A DNA stretch of 64,000 nucleotides from Patescibacteria group bacterium. GTDB lineage: Bacteria > Patescibacteriota > Dojkabacteria > J137. The translations under genes and the position numbers were made by a program. The stretch covers positions 645,608-709,607 of the forward strand of contig CAUJCN010000002.1 in NCBI GenBank assembly GCA_963169855.1. Direction: 5' to 3'. Positions 30,765-40,164 of the stretch are shown here, in pieces (positions within the stretch are counted from its first letter, which is position 1; each line of letters begins with the position of its first letter). A model generated the notes under the pieces. That model was given only the letters and a program-made list of their open reading frames with translations, was not told the DNA's origin and did not search any database.

Positions 30765-31298
30765 ATGATAAAATTAGGTATGAATGGAATAAAAATATTT
30801 ATATCGGCAAAAGAGAGTGATCTTTTTTCAAAAATTGTAAAGGAAAAAGATTTTACAGTTCTTAAGCCATTTAAAGATTCTGTCGAAAGAACTATTGCTC
30901 AAATAGAAGAGAGTGATGCTTTGATTTTTGATTATTCTGAAGATGTTGTAGATAGTTTGCTCCAGATTATTAAAGGTGTTGAATTGAAAAGGCAAATTCT
31001 AATTCTGATCCCCGAAAGTAACGCGAAAGGGGTTAATCCTTTTCTAAAGAATCTTGATAAGAAATTAGTAGAGATAAAACTTTATTCTGAAGAAAATCTA
31101 AAATCTCAGATCTCAAAATATATAAAAGATCTTGCTGAAAAATTAGGTTTGCAAAGGTACAATGTTGTCCTCGGACATAAGCATAAGAAGTATCTTGACT
31201 GGGCATCTCAAATTCACGGCAGCAGTCGTTCCGAAATTATAAGATATGCGTTGGATTATTTAATTTCTGCAGATCAAGGCTATAAAGCTGAGGAGTAG
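30765..31298 (+). CDS. CopG/ribbon-helix-helix regulator with N-terminal receiver/flavodoxin-like domain
   Basis: C-terminal YNVVLGHKHKKYLDWASQIHGSSRSEIIRYALDYL matches the RHH beta-alpha-alpha consensus (..RSElIReAl..yl). Track ORF 30549 trimmed to the in-frame ATG 30765 because the upstream part is antisense to rluB. Paralog of the gene at 40165. Confidence 0.5.
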   Translation: MIKLGMNGIKIFISAKESDLFSKIVKEKDFTVLKPFKDSVERTIAQIEESDALIFDYSEDVVDSLLQIIKGVELKRQILILIPESNAKGVNPFLKNLDKKLVEIKLYSEENLKSQISKYIKDLAEKLGLQRYNVVLGHKHKKYLDWASQIHGSSRSEIIRYALDYLISADQGYKAEE

Positions 31299-31354
31299 GT
31301 CGTTTTTACACTCTAACTTGCTCAAAAATTCCCAGTGGTGATAGACTTAATTCT

Positions 31355-31963
31355 ATGAAAGAGATAGAAATTAAATTCAGCATCACAGAAGATCAGCATA
31401 AATTGCTTCAAGAATGACTAGATAATAATGCAGATTTTGTTGGTGAAAAACATCATGTAGAATATTACTTAGATAATTCGGACACACCCTTTAAATTCGG
31501 ACACAGACTCGGATACATAGATTCAGAAAAGTATTTGAGGGTCAGGACTACAGGCCCTTCGTCAGGCTCAGGGGGTGACTCTGTCTGTTTGAAAATCTTT
31601 GCAGTAAATCAAGAAGATGGTACATCCAAAAACTTTGGCGAATATGAAACCAAAGTCGAAAATGGACAGGAAATGCTGAATATTTTAAAAGGTATAGGAT
31701 TTACAGACGAAGTAGTTGTCGACAAGACACGAAGAAGTTTTAAACATAAAAACTTTGAAATCGAGATCGACGAGGTAAAGGATCTTGGAATATTTGTAGA
31801 GGTAGAGCTAAAAGAGCACGATGATGACTTCGACGAAGGAATTAAGCAGATCTACACCTTCGTAAAATCAATTGGGATAACAAAATTCAAGATTCAAAAC
31901 AGAGGATACGTTTCTATGTTATGGAATCCAAATTACAGTTTCGCAGAAGATGTTACTCTATAG
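31355..31963 (+). pseudogene. CYTH-domain (CyaB/thiamine-triphosphatase-like triphosphate tunnel) gene interrupted by an in-frame TGA at 31415-31417
   Basis: ATG 31355 MKEIEIKFSITEDQHKLLQE-TGA-LDNNADFVGEKHHVEYYLDNSD...YLRVRTTG...FEIEIDEVKDLGIFVEVELK: EIEIKF and EIEIDEV..LG.FVEVE are CYTH signatures; same frame on both sides of the stop. Confidence 0.55.
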
Positions 31964-32010
31964 CTGTCTTATGATCATTCTGCTACAATTATTGTAGTGA
32001 ATTTTGATTA

Positions 32011-33120
32011 ATGAAAACTAATTTTGGAATAAAAGACATTTACTTCTTTATAATCTTTCTAGTATTCTCATTGCTAGCTCTAGTGTTATTTTCAAACTAT
32101 ATAAGTTTGATTTTATTGGCATATATTGTAGTAACTCTCTTCCATCCAGCTTATAGATTTATTGCAAGTAAACTAAATCGTGGATCAGCTGTAGCAATAA
32201 GCGTTCTTCTTGTTTTGATTTTCTTGTTAATACCTATATTCTTTATATTGTCTTTAACAACGGTAGAAATTAAGAATCTTGTAGAATCATTCACAGATCC
32301 AGTTAATTTAGGAAACCTTCAGAATAGTATCGATTTATTTGTAAATAGAGTGAATGAACTTTTAAGAAATATTAATCTTGGGTCTTTCCAAATAACTAGG
32401 GATCAAGTAAATATTGTTCAGGCCGTAAATAATATTACTCCAGAGCAGATTATTCAGGTTTTACAGACTACTTTGTTTCCATTTCTATTAGATACAGCTA
32501 GTTTCTTAGGTCAGGTATTGTTCGGATTATTCCTGTTTATAATTTCCTTGATTTATCTATTTCCTAATTACGAAAATTTAGGAAATGTATTCAAAAGATT
32601 CTCACCAATAGAAGACAAATTCGACGAACTTATCTACCAAAGATTTCGAAATACGCTGAAGGGAGTTGTAAGCGGAACATTCGTAGTGGCTATTTGTCAG
32701 GCGACTGCAGTTATCCTTCCTTTGATCGCATTAAATGTAGGTGCTCCAGTGCTTCTTTGGATTATTATGGTTATCCTATCAATAGTCCCAATTGGGTCTG
32801 GATTAGTTTGGTTCCCAGTAGGACTTATTATGATTATTTCTGGATTAGGTTCTGGAAACATAGGCTCAGTTATTGGAGGTATATTCGTCATTGTTTATTC
32901 TGCAATTATTATTAACGTTGTAGATACTGTATTAAGACCTAGATTAATGAGGAATGCAGTAGATATTCACCCTATGATTACAATCTTCAGCGTATTAGGA
33001 GGAATTACATTGTTTGGTATAATGGGAATCGTTTATGGTCCAGTTCTAGTTGTGATGTACATAACGTTAACTGAGATCTACAAACAAAAGTATTTAGATA
33101 AGAAAGATGAACAGATTTAA
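32011..33120 (+). CDS. AI-2E family transporter (PerM/UPF0118)
   Basis: 8 predicted TM helices; topology and conserved N-terminal helix pattern of the AI-2E family; 369 aa. Confidence 0.75.
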   Translation: MKTNFGIKDIYFFIIFLVFSLLALVLFSNYISLILLAYIVVTLFHPAYRFIASKLNRGSAVAISVLLVLIFLLIPIFFILSLTTVEIKNLVESFTDPVNLGNLQNSIDLFVNRVNELLRNINLGSFQITRDQVNIVQAVNNITPEQIIQVLQTTLFPFLLDTASFLGQVLFGLFLFIISLIYLFPNYENLGNVFKRFSPIEDKFDELIYQRFRNTLKGVVSGTFVVAICQATAVILPLIALNVGAPVLLWIIMVILSIVPIGSGLVWFPVGLIMIISGLGSGNIGSVIGGIFVIVYSAIIINVVDTVLRPRLMRNAVDIHPMITIFSVLGGITLFGIMGIVYGPVLVVMYITLTEIYKQKYLDKKDEQI

Positions 33121-33385
33121 AAGATTTGGAAAGGGAGTAGTTGCAGCGTTTCTTCTAGGGAGTATAAGCTTCTTAACATTTTTAGTCTATATGCTAATTA
33201 TAGGCATTCCTAAAACTCAGGCAAGAAACTACTACAATATGGCAGAGTCTATTTTAGAAATGCCAAACCCTTCGAAAGAAAGTATTCAGAAAGCTAAAGA
33301 TTATTTAGAAACAGCTTTGGTATTCTGGTCAGAGAGATATATTCAAGAAAAATTGAATGAAGTTAATTCACAAGCTGTCGAATAA
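33107..33385 (+). CDS. small hypothetical membrane protein
   Basis: ORF with one TM. Confidence 0.3.
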   Translation: MNRFKRFGKGVVAAFLLGSISFLTFLVYMLIIGIPKTQARNYYNMAESILEMPNPSKESIQKAKDYLETALVFWSERYIQEKLNEVNSQAVE

Positions 33386-33809
33386 CTGATTTTACAACTC
33401 CCCAAATCTGAAAATTCATCTCCGAAGTGATTACGATCTCGGGATAGTTGTCGTTCTCTGGGACAAGACGAACTTGTCCTGATTTTTTATGGAGCTTCTT
33501 TACCGTTAAGTCGCCATCGATTACAGCGATCACTATTGACCCATTCTGGGCATCTAGTGCTCTGTCGACGACAAGGACATCTCCGGAGAAAATTCCAGCG
33601 TTAATCATAGAGTCACCTTTGACTCGTACAAAAAATGTAGCTGCCGGATGCCTAATTAAAAGTTCATTAAGATCTATTGTCTTGTCTATAAAGTCGTCGG
33701 CAGGAGAAGGGAAGCCTGCTTTTACAGATTCCGTATAAAGAGGGATGTAATTTTTGGTTCCGTCTTCAGTAAGTTTGTAAACTGCACTTATCGAACTACT
33801 TTTCATCAA
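33363..33809 (-). CDS. stand-alone S24 peptidase (UmuD-like, no HTH)
   Basis: Ala-Gly self-cleavage site (VKAGFP), Ser nucleophile VKGDSMINAGI, Lys in TVKKL; 148 aa with no DNA-binding domain. Confidence 0.75.
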   Translation of the reverse strand: MMKSSSISAVYKLTEDGTKNYIPLYTESVKAGFPSPADDFIDKTIDLNELLIRHPAATFFVRVKGDSMINAGIFSGDVLVVDRALDAQNGSIVIAVIDGDLTVKKLHKKSGQVRLVPENDNYPEIVITSEMNFQIWGVVKSVIRQLVN

Positions 33810-34861
33810 TTGAATCCTCTTATCTGAGCAAGTTTTGTTAAGTGCTCATCATAAGTTTCCGATAGGTATGAATTACCACTGTCATCATGGAAGAAGAAGT
33901 AGTAAGTTGTTGAATCTGGATATAAAGCTGCTCTAATTGCAACGATTCCAGGGTTGCTGATTGGAGTTGGGGGAAGTCCTCCGACCCTGTAGGTGTTGTA
34001 AGGTGATTCGATCAAGGTATCCTCGATTAATACTGCGGCGTCGTTCTTTTTTGTGATGTAATTTACAGTAGCATCGGATTGTAGCCACATTCCTGCAACT
34101 AATCTATTGTGAAAGATGCTGGAAATTACTTCTTTTCTATCAACTCTGCTAGATTCTTTTTCTACAATCGAAGCAAGAACCAATCCTTGATAAAAAGTTC
34201 CAACTTCAGCAGTTGGAAGGTTTAAATTTGCCATTTCGAACTCAGTAGATACCTTGGCAACGAAGTTTCCAATGATTGTGTCTAGGATTTGGACGGTAGT
34301 TTGCTCGGGCAGGAATTCGTACGTATCTGGGAAGATAAACCCTTCAAGGTTTAGCCCTGCGGGTTTGAAACTTGACAGAGAAATTGCATTGTCCGCGGAC
34401 AGTAATTCTAGGTTAGGGGCATTTACGAAAGCCAAAAATTCTGTTTTAGAGAAAACTGAATTTTCTCCCAATTCTTCTTCAAGAACATCTGCAATTTGAT
34501 CAGATCTTAAGCCTTCTTTTATTGTAATTTTTATTCCGGGTTTGAAAACTCCTTTTTCCAAAATTGCAATCAATTCAGTTAGGCTCAAAGTTCTATTAGA
34601 AATAGTATATTCTCCAGTTTTTACTTCTGGGTTAATGTCGTTTATCTTTAAATACAGTTTGATAACTTCTTTGTTCTTAATCAAAGCTTTAGTTTCTAAA
34701 TCATCCAGTAAAGTATTGAAACTTTCACCTTCGGCAACTGTAAATTTAATCTCGTCTTCGATATTAGCAACATAATTAACCGATTCGTCGTAAGTTTTAT
34801 ATGCGATTAATCCTCCACCAATTAAGACTATTAGAATTACTAAAAAGATGATTTTCTTCAT
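33806..34861 (-). CDS. mltG: endolytic murein transglycosylase MltG/YceG
   Basis: N-terminal TM; YceG signature GLPPTPISNPG; 351 aa. Confidence 0.85.
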   Translation of the reverse strand: MKKIIFLVILIVLIGGGLIAYKTYDESVNYVANIEDEIKFTVAEGESFNTLLDDLETKALIKNKEVIKLYLKINDINPEVKTGEYTISNRTLSLTELIAILEKGVFKPGIKITIKEGLRSDQIADVLEEELGENSVFSKTEFLAFVNAPNLELLSADNAISLSSFKPAGLNLEGFIFPDTYEFLPEQTTVQILDTIIGNFVAKVSTEFEMANLNLPTAEVGTFYQGLVLASIVEKESSRVDRKEVISSIFHNRLVAGMWLQSDATVNYITKKNDAAVLIEDTLIESPYNTYRVGGLPPTPISNPGIVAIRAALYPDSTTYYFFFHDDSGNSYLSETYDEHLTKLAQIRGFN

Positions 34862-34864
34862 AAG

Positions 34865-35260
34865 TTAATGTTTTAAATTATCTAAATATTCCTGGAGAAT
34901 CTGTCTGGCAGATTCAGAATCGATGTTTTTATTTTTTACTTCTTTAAGATTCACTTTTGCTATTTCAGAGGTGTAGAACTCATTTATCATTCTTACTTCG
35001 ATGTTTTTTTCCTTCAAATACTCAGCGATTTTATTTATGTTCTCCATGTTTTTGTTTGGACCTTTGTAAGATGGATCCCCAATCACAACAACCTTAGGGG
35101 AGTATTGCTGAATAGCTTCATCGATTAACAGAATTAGTCCAGACACATCTTTGTATCCAGAAAGAAGCCTTCCAGAAAATGCAAAACTCTCAGTTTCATC
35201 TGAGTGAGCAAAGCCTGTCTTTTTTTCTCCGTAATCTAATGCAATAACCATGTAATGCAA
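34865..35260 (-). CDS. ruvX: putative pre-16S rRNA nuclease / Holliday junction resolvase-like RuvX (YqgF)
   Basis: N-terminal VIALDYGEKKTGFAHSD (RNase H-like YqgF motif); 131 aa. Confidence 0.8.
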   Translation of the reverse strand: MHYMVIALDYGEKKTGFAHSDETESFAFSGRLLSGYKDVSGLILLIDEAIQQYSPKVVVIGDPSYKGPNKNMENINKIAEYLKEKNIEVRMINEFYTSEIAKVNLKEVKNKNIDSESARQILQEYLDNLKH

Positions 35261-35298
35261 TACATTGTGATAAATAAAATACCCTCTAAAATCCGTTT

Positions 35299-35973
35299 AT
35301 GGATTTGAATAGATTATATCTTAATAACTGCTTTTTATGTGCTTCTGATGGTTCTATATTGTGTCCAAAATGCTTCGATTCGTATATCAGAAGGGGTATT
35401 CAGAGAAAGTGTCATGTTTGTGGAAATCCTGTTTATTCGGGTCTAATGCATAAGGAATGTAGGGATTATTCTTACTTAGATGGCGTTATTTATCTCTCAG
35501 ATTACTCTGAACTGGTGAGAGAGCTGATATTTTTAGGTAAATATTCAGGTTCGTACTCGATTTTTAAGGAATTTGGTAAATACCTCTATCAATTTAGTAA
35601 AGATGAATTGGTAGGTGGAAAAGGGCTAATCACATCTGTTCCGCTTCATAAGAGCAGATTTCTTGAGCGTGGATTCAATCAAGCAGAGATCTTTGGTAGA
35701 GAATTCAGTTTAAACTCACAAATTCCTTACTTCGATCTATTACAAAGGGTGAAAAAGAGCACAAAACAGTCCTCCTTGGACAAAGAACACAGAATGAGTA
35801 ATATTGCGAACTTGTTCAAAATCAAGGGCGTAGGGGCATATCTGAATAGATTTGATACTATTTACATCTGCGATGATATCTATACTACAGGAAGAACCTT
35901 GAGTGAGTGTGCAAAAGCTATCAAAGAGGTGTTTTCTGGGAAGATTGTAGGGGTTGTGGTGGCAAAGGTTTAG
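35299..35973 (+). CDS. comFC: ComF family phosphoribosyltransferase (ComFC-like)
   Basis: N-terminal Cys4 zinc ribbon (C..C....C..C), C-terminal PRTase motif IYICDDIYTTGRTLSE. Confidence 0.8.
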   Translation: MDLNRLYLNNCFLCASDGSILCPKCFDSYIRRGIQRKCHVCGNPVYSGLMHKECRDYSYLDGVIYLSDYSELVRELIFLGKYSGSYSIFKEFGKYLYQFSKDELVGGKGLITSVPLHKSRFLERGFNQAEIFGREFSLNSQIPYFDLLQRVKKSTKQSSLDKEHRMSNIANLFKIKGVGAYLNRFDTIYICDDIYTTGRTLSECAKAIKEVFSGKIVGVVVAKV

Positions 35974-36049
35974 CTCGAAATGGTAGAAAATATGCTATAA
36001 TATACGTAGGTATTAGAGATCCGCTATCAATAGCTCAAGGCTCTTGGAA

Positions 36050-36503
36050 GGGGATGTTTAATCGACAATAAGCCCAAAAGTTAGAAGCAAGTAGAGGTTT
36101 GTTAGAAGTTCCTCTTAAAATAAATTTAACCTTTTCTGAGAAATCAGGATCGTAGACGAAAACTAAACGTCAACAACCTTTACACAAATGCTGTAAACTT
36201 CGTATCTAATCTATTTGCTCCTAGAGCAACATTAGCATTAGCTGCTTAAGTGAACTAGCAGCGGATCGAATAAAGTAGAACCGCCGTTTGCAAACTCTTT
36301 CTCTTATGGGAGCTGCAAGCGTCACACAGTAAGAGTGGGTCGTTTAAATTTTCAGCTTTTTAGCTAAGCGACGAACGCAGAAAAAGCACTTAAGAATATT
36401 TTTTTAGTTTATAGTTCTTAAGGTAGTAATAAAACTGAATAAACTTGTAAAACCGATAACTTAGAAGTTTATATGGACAGGGGGGAACCCCTCATCTCCA
36501 CCA
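36050..36503 (+). ncRNA. ssrA: candidate tmRNA (ssrA)
   Basis: 5' GGGGATGTTTAATCGAC (tmRNA-type start with TCGAC); 3' CATCTCC-A-CCA pairs with 5' GGGGATG; internal reading frame ...GCTCCTAGAGCAACATTAGCATTAGCTGCTTAA = ...APRATLALAA stop. T-loop is atypical (GGGG-GGAA-CCCC). Confidence 0.6.
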
Positions 36504-36842
36504 ATTTTTTCTTTGCAAAAATTGAGTAAAGAGTTTGAGTGCAAGCAGGAGGTCTTCAGAAATGCGTATACATTGAGCTATTGCTCAAAACTCACACTCA
36601 AACACATCGCTGAGAAGGATCAAATATTCCAAGCAGGAAGATAAAACTTCTTACGTATTTTTAATTGAGGTACTGAGTTGGAAATACTTCCTGTAATTTT
36701 GTTTCACAGCTTGTCTAAACTGGGTAACTCATTTTGGAGTGCAGGCGCTTCGTTGGATCTCTCTTTTTGACCTTTTAACTTTGAGTCTTTAAACCTTACA
36801 CGCGAGTGTTATAATTGAACGTTTATTCCTTAATACATTTCA

Positions 36843-37691
36843 ATGGACTTGTTTACAGTATTGTTTTATCAGCCAATCTTCAACTTATTAGTAATTCTAT
36901 ATAGAGTCTTTGGAGAAAATCTTGGGCTTTCTATTATTGCTATTGGAATCTTAGTAAGACTTATTATGTTCCCTTTAACTCTTAGACAGGCAAAAATGAT
37001 GCCTAAGAACATGGAAACTAGGGAGAAGATGAACGAGATTAAAGAAAAGTACAAAGATGATAAAGAAAAAATGAATCAGGAAATGATCAAACTTAACTCT
37101 GAATCTATGCCTTATGTTTTGAGTGGCTGTCTTCAACTTATTCTTCAGCTAATAGTATTTATCAACGTTGATAGAGTAATTAGAAGCACTTTTGGGGGTG
37201 GAGTCTCTGAATTCAACAACTTAGCATACTCATTCGTTCCTGGATTTTCTCAGGATTACCAATTTAATGGGAATTTCTTAGGAATTTTTGATCTATCTCA
37301 AACACCATCTGGAGTTGCAAACATGGGCATAACAGCTGCGATTTACATAGGAGTAGTGATCTTGACAGGTATTGTTCAATATTTTTCTATGAAATTGGCA
37401 TTTGCTGCTCAGACAAAGATTACCGATATGATGGCAGAGCACAAAAAAGGAAAAGAAAAGAAGAAGAAAGACGAAAAGGAAGGCCAAAATGAGGACATGG
37501 CAAAGATCATGGCTCAAACTACAAAGCAAACCATGATTTTACTTCCAATTTTACTAACACTAGGAGCCTATAATTTCCCAATAGGACTGAGTTTCTACTG
37601 GATTACACAAGGAGCCTTTGCTATAATTCAACAGCTTTATATTAATAGGGTAAACCTAAAATCCGTAAAGCAGATGCTTGAAAAGCAATAA
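36843..37691 (+). CDS. yidC: membrane protein insertase YidC (short Gram-positive type)
   Basis: LSIIAIGILVRLIMFPLTLRQ (YidC TM2 motif), lysine-rich C-terminus, 5 TMs. Confidence 0.85.
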   Translation: MDLFTVLFYQPIFNLLVILYRVFGENLGLSIIAIGILVRLIMFPLTLRQAKMMPKNMETREKMNEIKEKYKDDKEKMNQEMIKLNSESMPYVLSGCLQLILQLIVFINVDRVIRSTFGGGVSEFNNLAYSFVPGFSQDYQFNGNFLGIFDLSQTPSGVANMGITAAIYIGVVILTGIVQYFSMKLAFAAQTKITDMMAEHKKGKEKKKKDEKEGQNEDMAKIMAQTTKQTMILLPILLTLGAYNFPIGLSFYWITQGAFAIIQQLYINRVNLKSVKQMLEKQ

Positions 37692-37715
37692 TTTATCTAA
37701 TTTATATTTTGAGTT

Positions 37716-38381
37716 ATGAAGCTCACAGCAAAAAAAAGAGAGATAACCGGAAAAAAGGTGAAAAATCTTAGAGCGCAAGGAATTGTGCCTGCTACGATTT
37801 ACGGACCTAAACGAGTATCTGAAAATATTCAAATAGACAGAAAAGAAGCAAGCGCTGTCTTTAAGCAAGTTGCTTTCAACAAATTCTTTACTGTAGAAAT
37901 TGATGGAGAAAAGCCAGTAAAAGCTCTTTTCAAAGAAGTGACTATTCACCCTTTGAAGAGTGAAGTTTTGAACATTGGATTCTACCAAATAGATGAAGAT
38001 AGTAAGATTACTGTTGAAGTGCCTATCCACTTTACTGGAGAGGCTCCAGCTGTAAAACAGAATCTTGGATTCTTGGTTACAAGCATGGACACAGTTGCAG
38101 TTCATTGTTATCCAAAGGACTTGCCAGATAACTTTGAAATTGATCTATCAACTCTAGAAAACGTTGGAGATTCTGTTCAAGTTGCAACTATTACTCTTCC
38201 AGCTGAAGTTGAATTCGATGCAAGTGTTGATGTTAACGCAGCATTAGTTTACATCGCAGCAGCTCAGAAAGTTGAAGAAGAGCCAGTAGCAGCAGAAGCA
38301 GAATTGAATGAAGATGGAACACCAAAGGTTCCTGCAGAAGGTGAAGCAGCAGCTACACCGGCCGAAGAATCTAAGGAATAA
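37716..38381 (+). CDS. rplY: ribosomal protein L25 / general stress protein Ctc
   Basis: KREITGKKVKNLRAQGIVPATIYG N-terminal L25 motif plus Ctc-type C-terminal extension. Confidence 0.85.
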   Translation: MKLTAKKREITGKKVKNLRAQGIVPATIYGPKRVSENIQIDRKEASAVFKQVAFNKFFTVEIDGEKPVKALFKEVTIHPLKSEVLNIGFYQIDEDSKITVEVPIHFTGEAPAVKQNLGFLVTSMDTVAVHCYPKDLPDNFEIDLSTLENVGDSVQVATITLPAEVEFDASVDVNAALVYIAAAQKVEEEPVAAEAELNEDGTPKVPAEGEAAATPAEESKE

Positions 38382-38420
38382 CTATAAAAAGGCTAAAAGA
38401 TTAAAGATCAGAAGCTCAAA

Positions 38421-38449
38421 AAAGACCCAGGGAAACCTGGGCTTTTTTT
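38421..38449 (+). terminator. rho-independent terminator between rplY and the convergent 38465 gene
   Basis: AGACCCAGG-GAAA-CCTGGGCT followed by TTTTTTT. Confidence 0.65.
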
Positions 38450-38464
38450 GTTACATATTACTTT

Positions 38465-38791
38465 TCATCCCTCAGATTCGGATCTAGGCAAACTAAATCT
38501 TCCAAAAAACGCATCGACCATTTTCTGAGCATCTGCAAGCGGGTCTCCTTCATAGTTTATTGGTTGTTCGTTTACTCTAATATTACTGTGTACGTGTAAA
38601 AATCCAAGATCTAACTTGTCTTCAGGTACTCCTTCAGATCTTAGGAGACTTAGTACATGCTCTTTTTGTTCATCTATAGCTAAGGAGAGTTCGTAATCTT
38701 CAAGATTTCGGTCCACTGCAATCTGAGGGGACACTTTGTTTGCAGCTATTGCTTCAATTGGTAAATCGATTTCATTTGGAACTTCAGACAT
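38465..38791 (-). CDS. hypothetical acidic protein (108 aa)
   Basis: ORF only. Confidence 0.3.
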   Translation of the reverse strand: MSEVPNEIDLPIEAIAANKVSPQIAVDRNLEDYELSLAIDEQKEHVLSLLRSEGVPEDKLDLGFLHVHSNIRVNEQPINYEGDPLADAQKMVDAFFGRFSLPRSESEG

Positions 38792-38943
38792 GTACTAATG
38801 ATTTAATAAATATTCCAGATGTTATCTTTCTGTAATTAGTATTGTCAACACTCCTGTACTAATTCCGAGATTCTAATATTTGAATTTTTTTTTAATCTTT
38901 ATCCTTCTAGTCTTTAAGCTTTTTTATCTATATACTATAGTTT

Positions 38944-40080
38944 ATGCAAAATACTCAATTAGACGTAGGTCTTGAAATTCAAAATTTAATAAAAAAATTA
39001 GACGCAGCACCAGCTATTCCCAAAACTTTAAGAGAGAAGGTTGATGGAATGATAATGCGTTTGGTAAAGATGAGCCAGAATGGAAACTATTCTCAGGAAT
39101 TTGAACCAGTATCCGAATATATAGAGTGGGTTTGTAGAATTCCCTGGGGAGCATCAACTCAAGAGAATTTAGATATTCAAAATGCGAAAGCAACTTTAGA
39201 TAAATATAATTATGGTTTAGAGCCAGTTAAATCTAGAATTTTAGAATATCTAGCTGTTCTAAAATTGAATTCAAATAGAGCACAAAGCACTGCAGCGCAG
39301 AGTGGCGATGTTAGTGTAGAGATGTCTAGACTTCAAGGAAACTCTTCTCATTCTCCTATTTTATGTTTTGTTGGAATCCAAGGAGTTGGTAAAACTTCTA
39401 TGGCGAAAGCTATCGCTCAAGCATTGAATAGAAAATTCATGAGAATTGCTTTGGGGGGACTTGGAAATGTAACCGAAATTAGAGGTATAACAAGAACTGG
39501 ATCAGTAAACGCAGAGCCTGGACAAATTATAAAATCCTTAATTAGAACTCAATCAATGAATCCACTGATTCTTCTCGACGAAGTAGACAAGGTTTCTGCA
39601 GATACGGGATTAAGATCAGATGTAATGGCGGCTTTACTGGAAATCTTAGACCCTGAGCAAAATTCAACATTCATGGATAAGTACTTAGATTTCCCAGTAG
39701 ATTTGTCTCAAGTTATGTTCATTACTACTGCGAATAACTTAGGTGGAATTTCCGCTGCTTTATTAGATAGATTAGAAGTGATTCGTTTTGGAAGTTACAA
39801 TGATAACGACAAAATTCAGATTGCCAAAAACTATCTTTTACCAAAAGTTCGAGAAGCAACAGGAATGACAGAAGAGCAGTTGTCTTTTGAAGATGATGTT
39901 TGGAGTTTGGTAATCAGACCTTTGGGATTCGATGCTGGTGTAAGACAACTAGAAAGAACTTTAACTGAACTTGCAAGAAAAGTAGCGTTAAAAATTGTAC
40001 AAGGAACAGCTCAATCTATAAGAATTACTAAGGATAACTTTAGAGAATTTATTCCTGAGGATATTGGTATTTACTCTTAA
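38944..40080 (+). CDS. Lon-like AAA+ ATPase module lacking the N-terminal LAN domain and the S16 protease domain
   Basis: Matches Lon from the pre-AAA helix (YIEWVCRIPWGAS, YGLEPVKSRILEYLAV) through Walker A GIQGVGKTSMAKAIAQAL, LGG...EIRG, Walker B LILLDEVDKV, LDPEQNSTF, LLDRLEVIRFGSY to the lid. The ORF stops where the Lon protease domain would begin. Confidence 0.75.
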   Translation: MQNTQLDVGLEIQNLIKKLDAAPAIPKTLREKVDGMIMRLVKMSQNGNYSQEFEPVSEYIEWVCRIPWGASTQENLDIQNAKATLDKYNYGLEPVKSRILEYLAVLKLNSNRAQSTAAQSGDVSVEMSRLQGNSSHSPILCFVGIQGVGKTSMAKAIAQALNRKFMRIALGGLGNVTEIRGITRTGSVNAEPGQIIKSLIRTQSMNPLILLDEVDKVSADTGLRSDVMAALLEILDPEQNSTFMDKYLDFPVDLSQVMFITTANNLGGISAALLDRLEVIRFGSYNDNDKIQIAKNYLLPKVREATGMTEEQLSFEDDVWSLVIRPLGFDAGVRQLERTLTELARKVALKIVQGTAQSIRITKDNFREFIPEDIGIYS

Positions 40081-40164
40081 AACTTGAAATTCGAAGATCG
40101 GAGTTAGAAAAGAAAAAGATCGAAATTTCGATCTTCAATCTTTTTGTTTTTCTGTCTTCTTTAA

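Noticed and set aside
31355-31963. Genome-wide UGA recoding (genetic code 25, UGA=Gly) as the explanation for the in-frame TGA in the CYTH gene
   Set aside because: All other long genes in the window are intact under the standard code and none shows internal TGA. A local pseudogene or sequencing error is more parsimonious.
36504-36842. 340-nt leader upstream of yidC as a MifM-like stalling-peptide regulatory region
   Set aside because: No convincing small ORF with an RBS is apparent; only short inverted repeats (TTGAGC/GCTCAA). Not supported.
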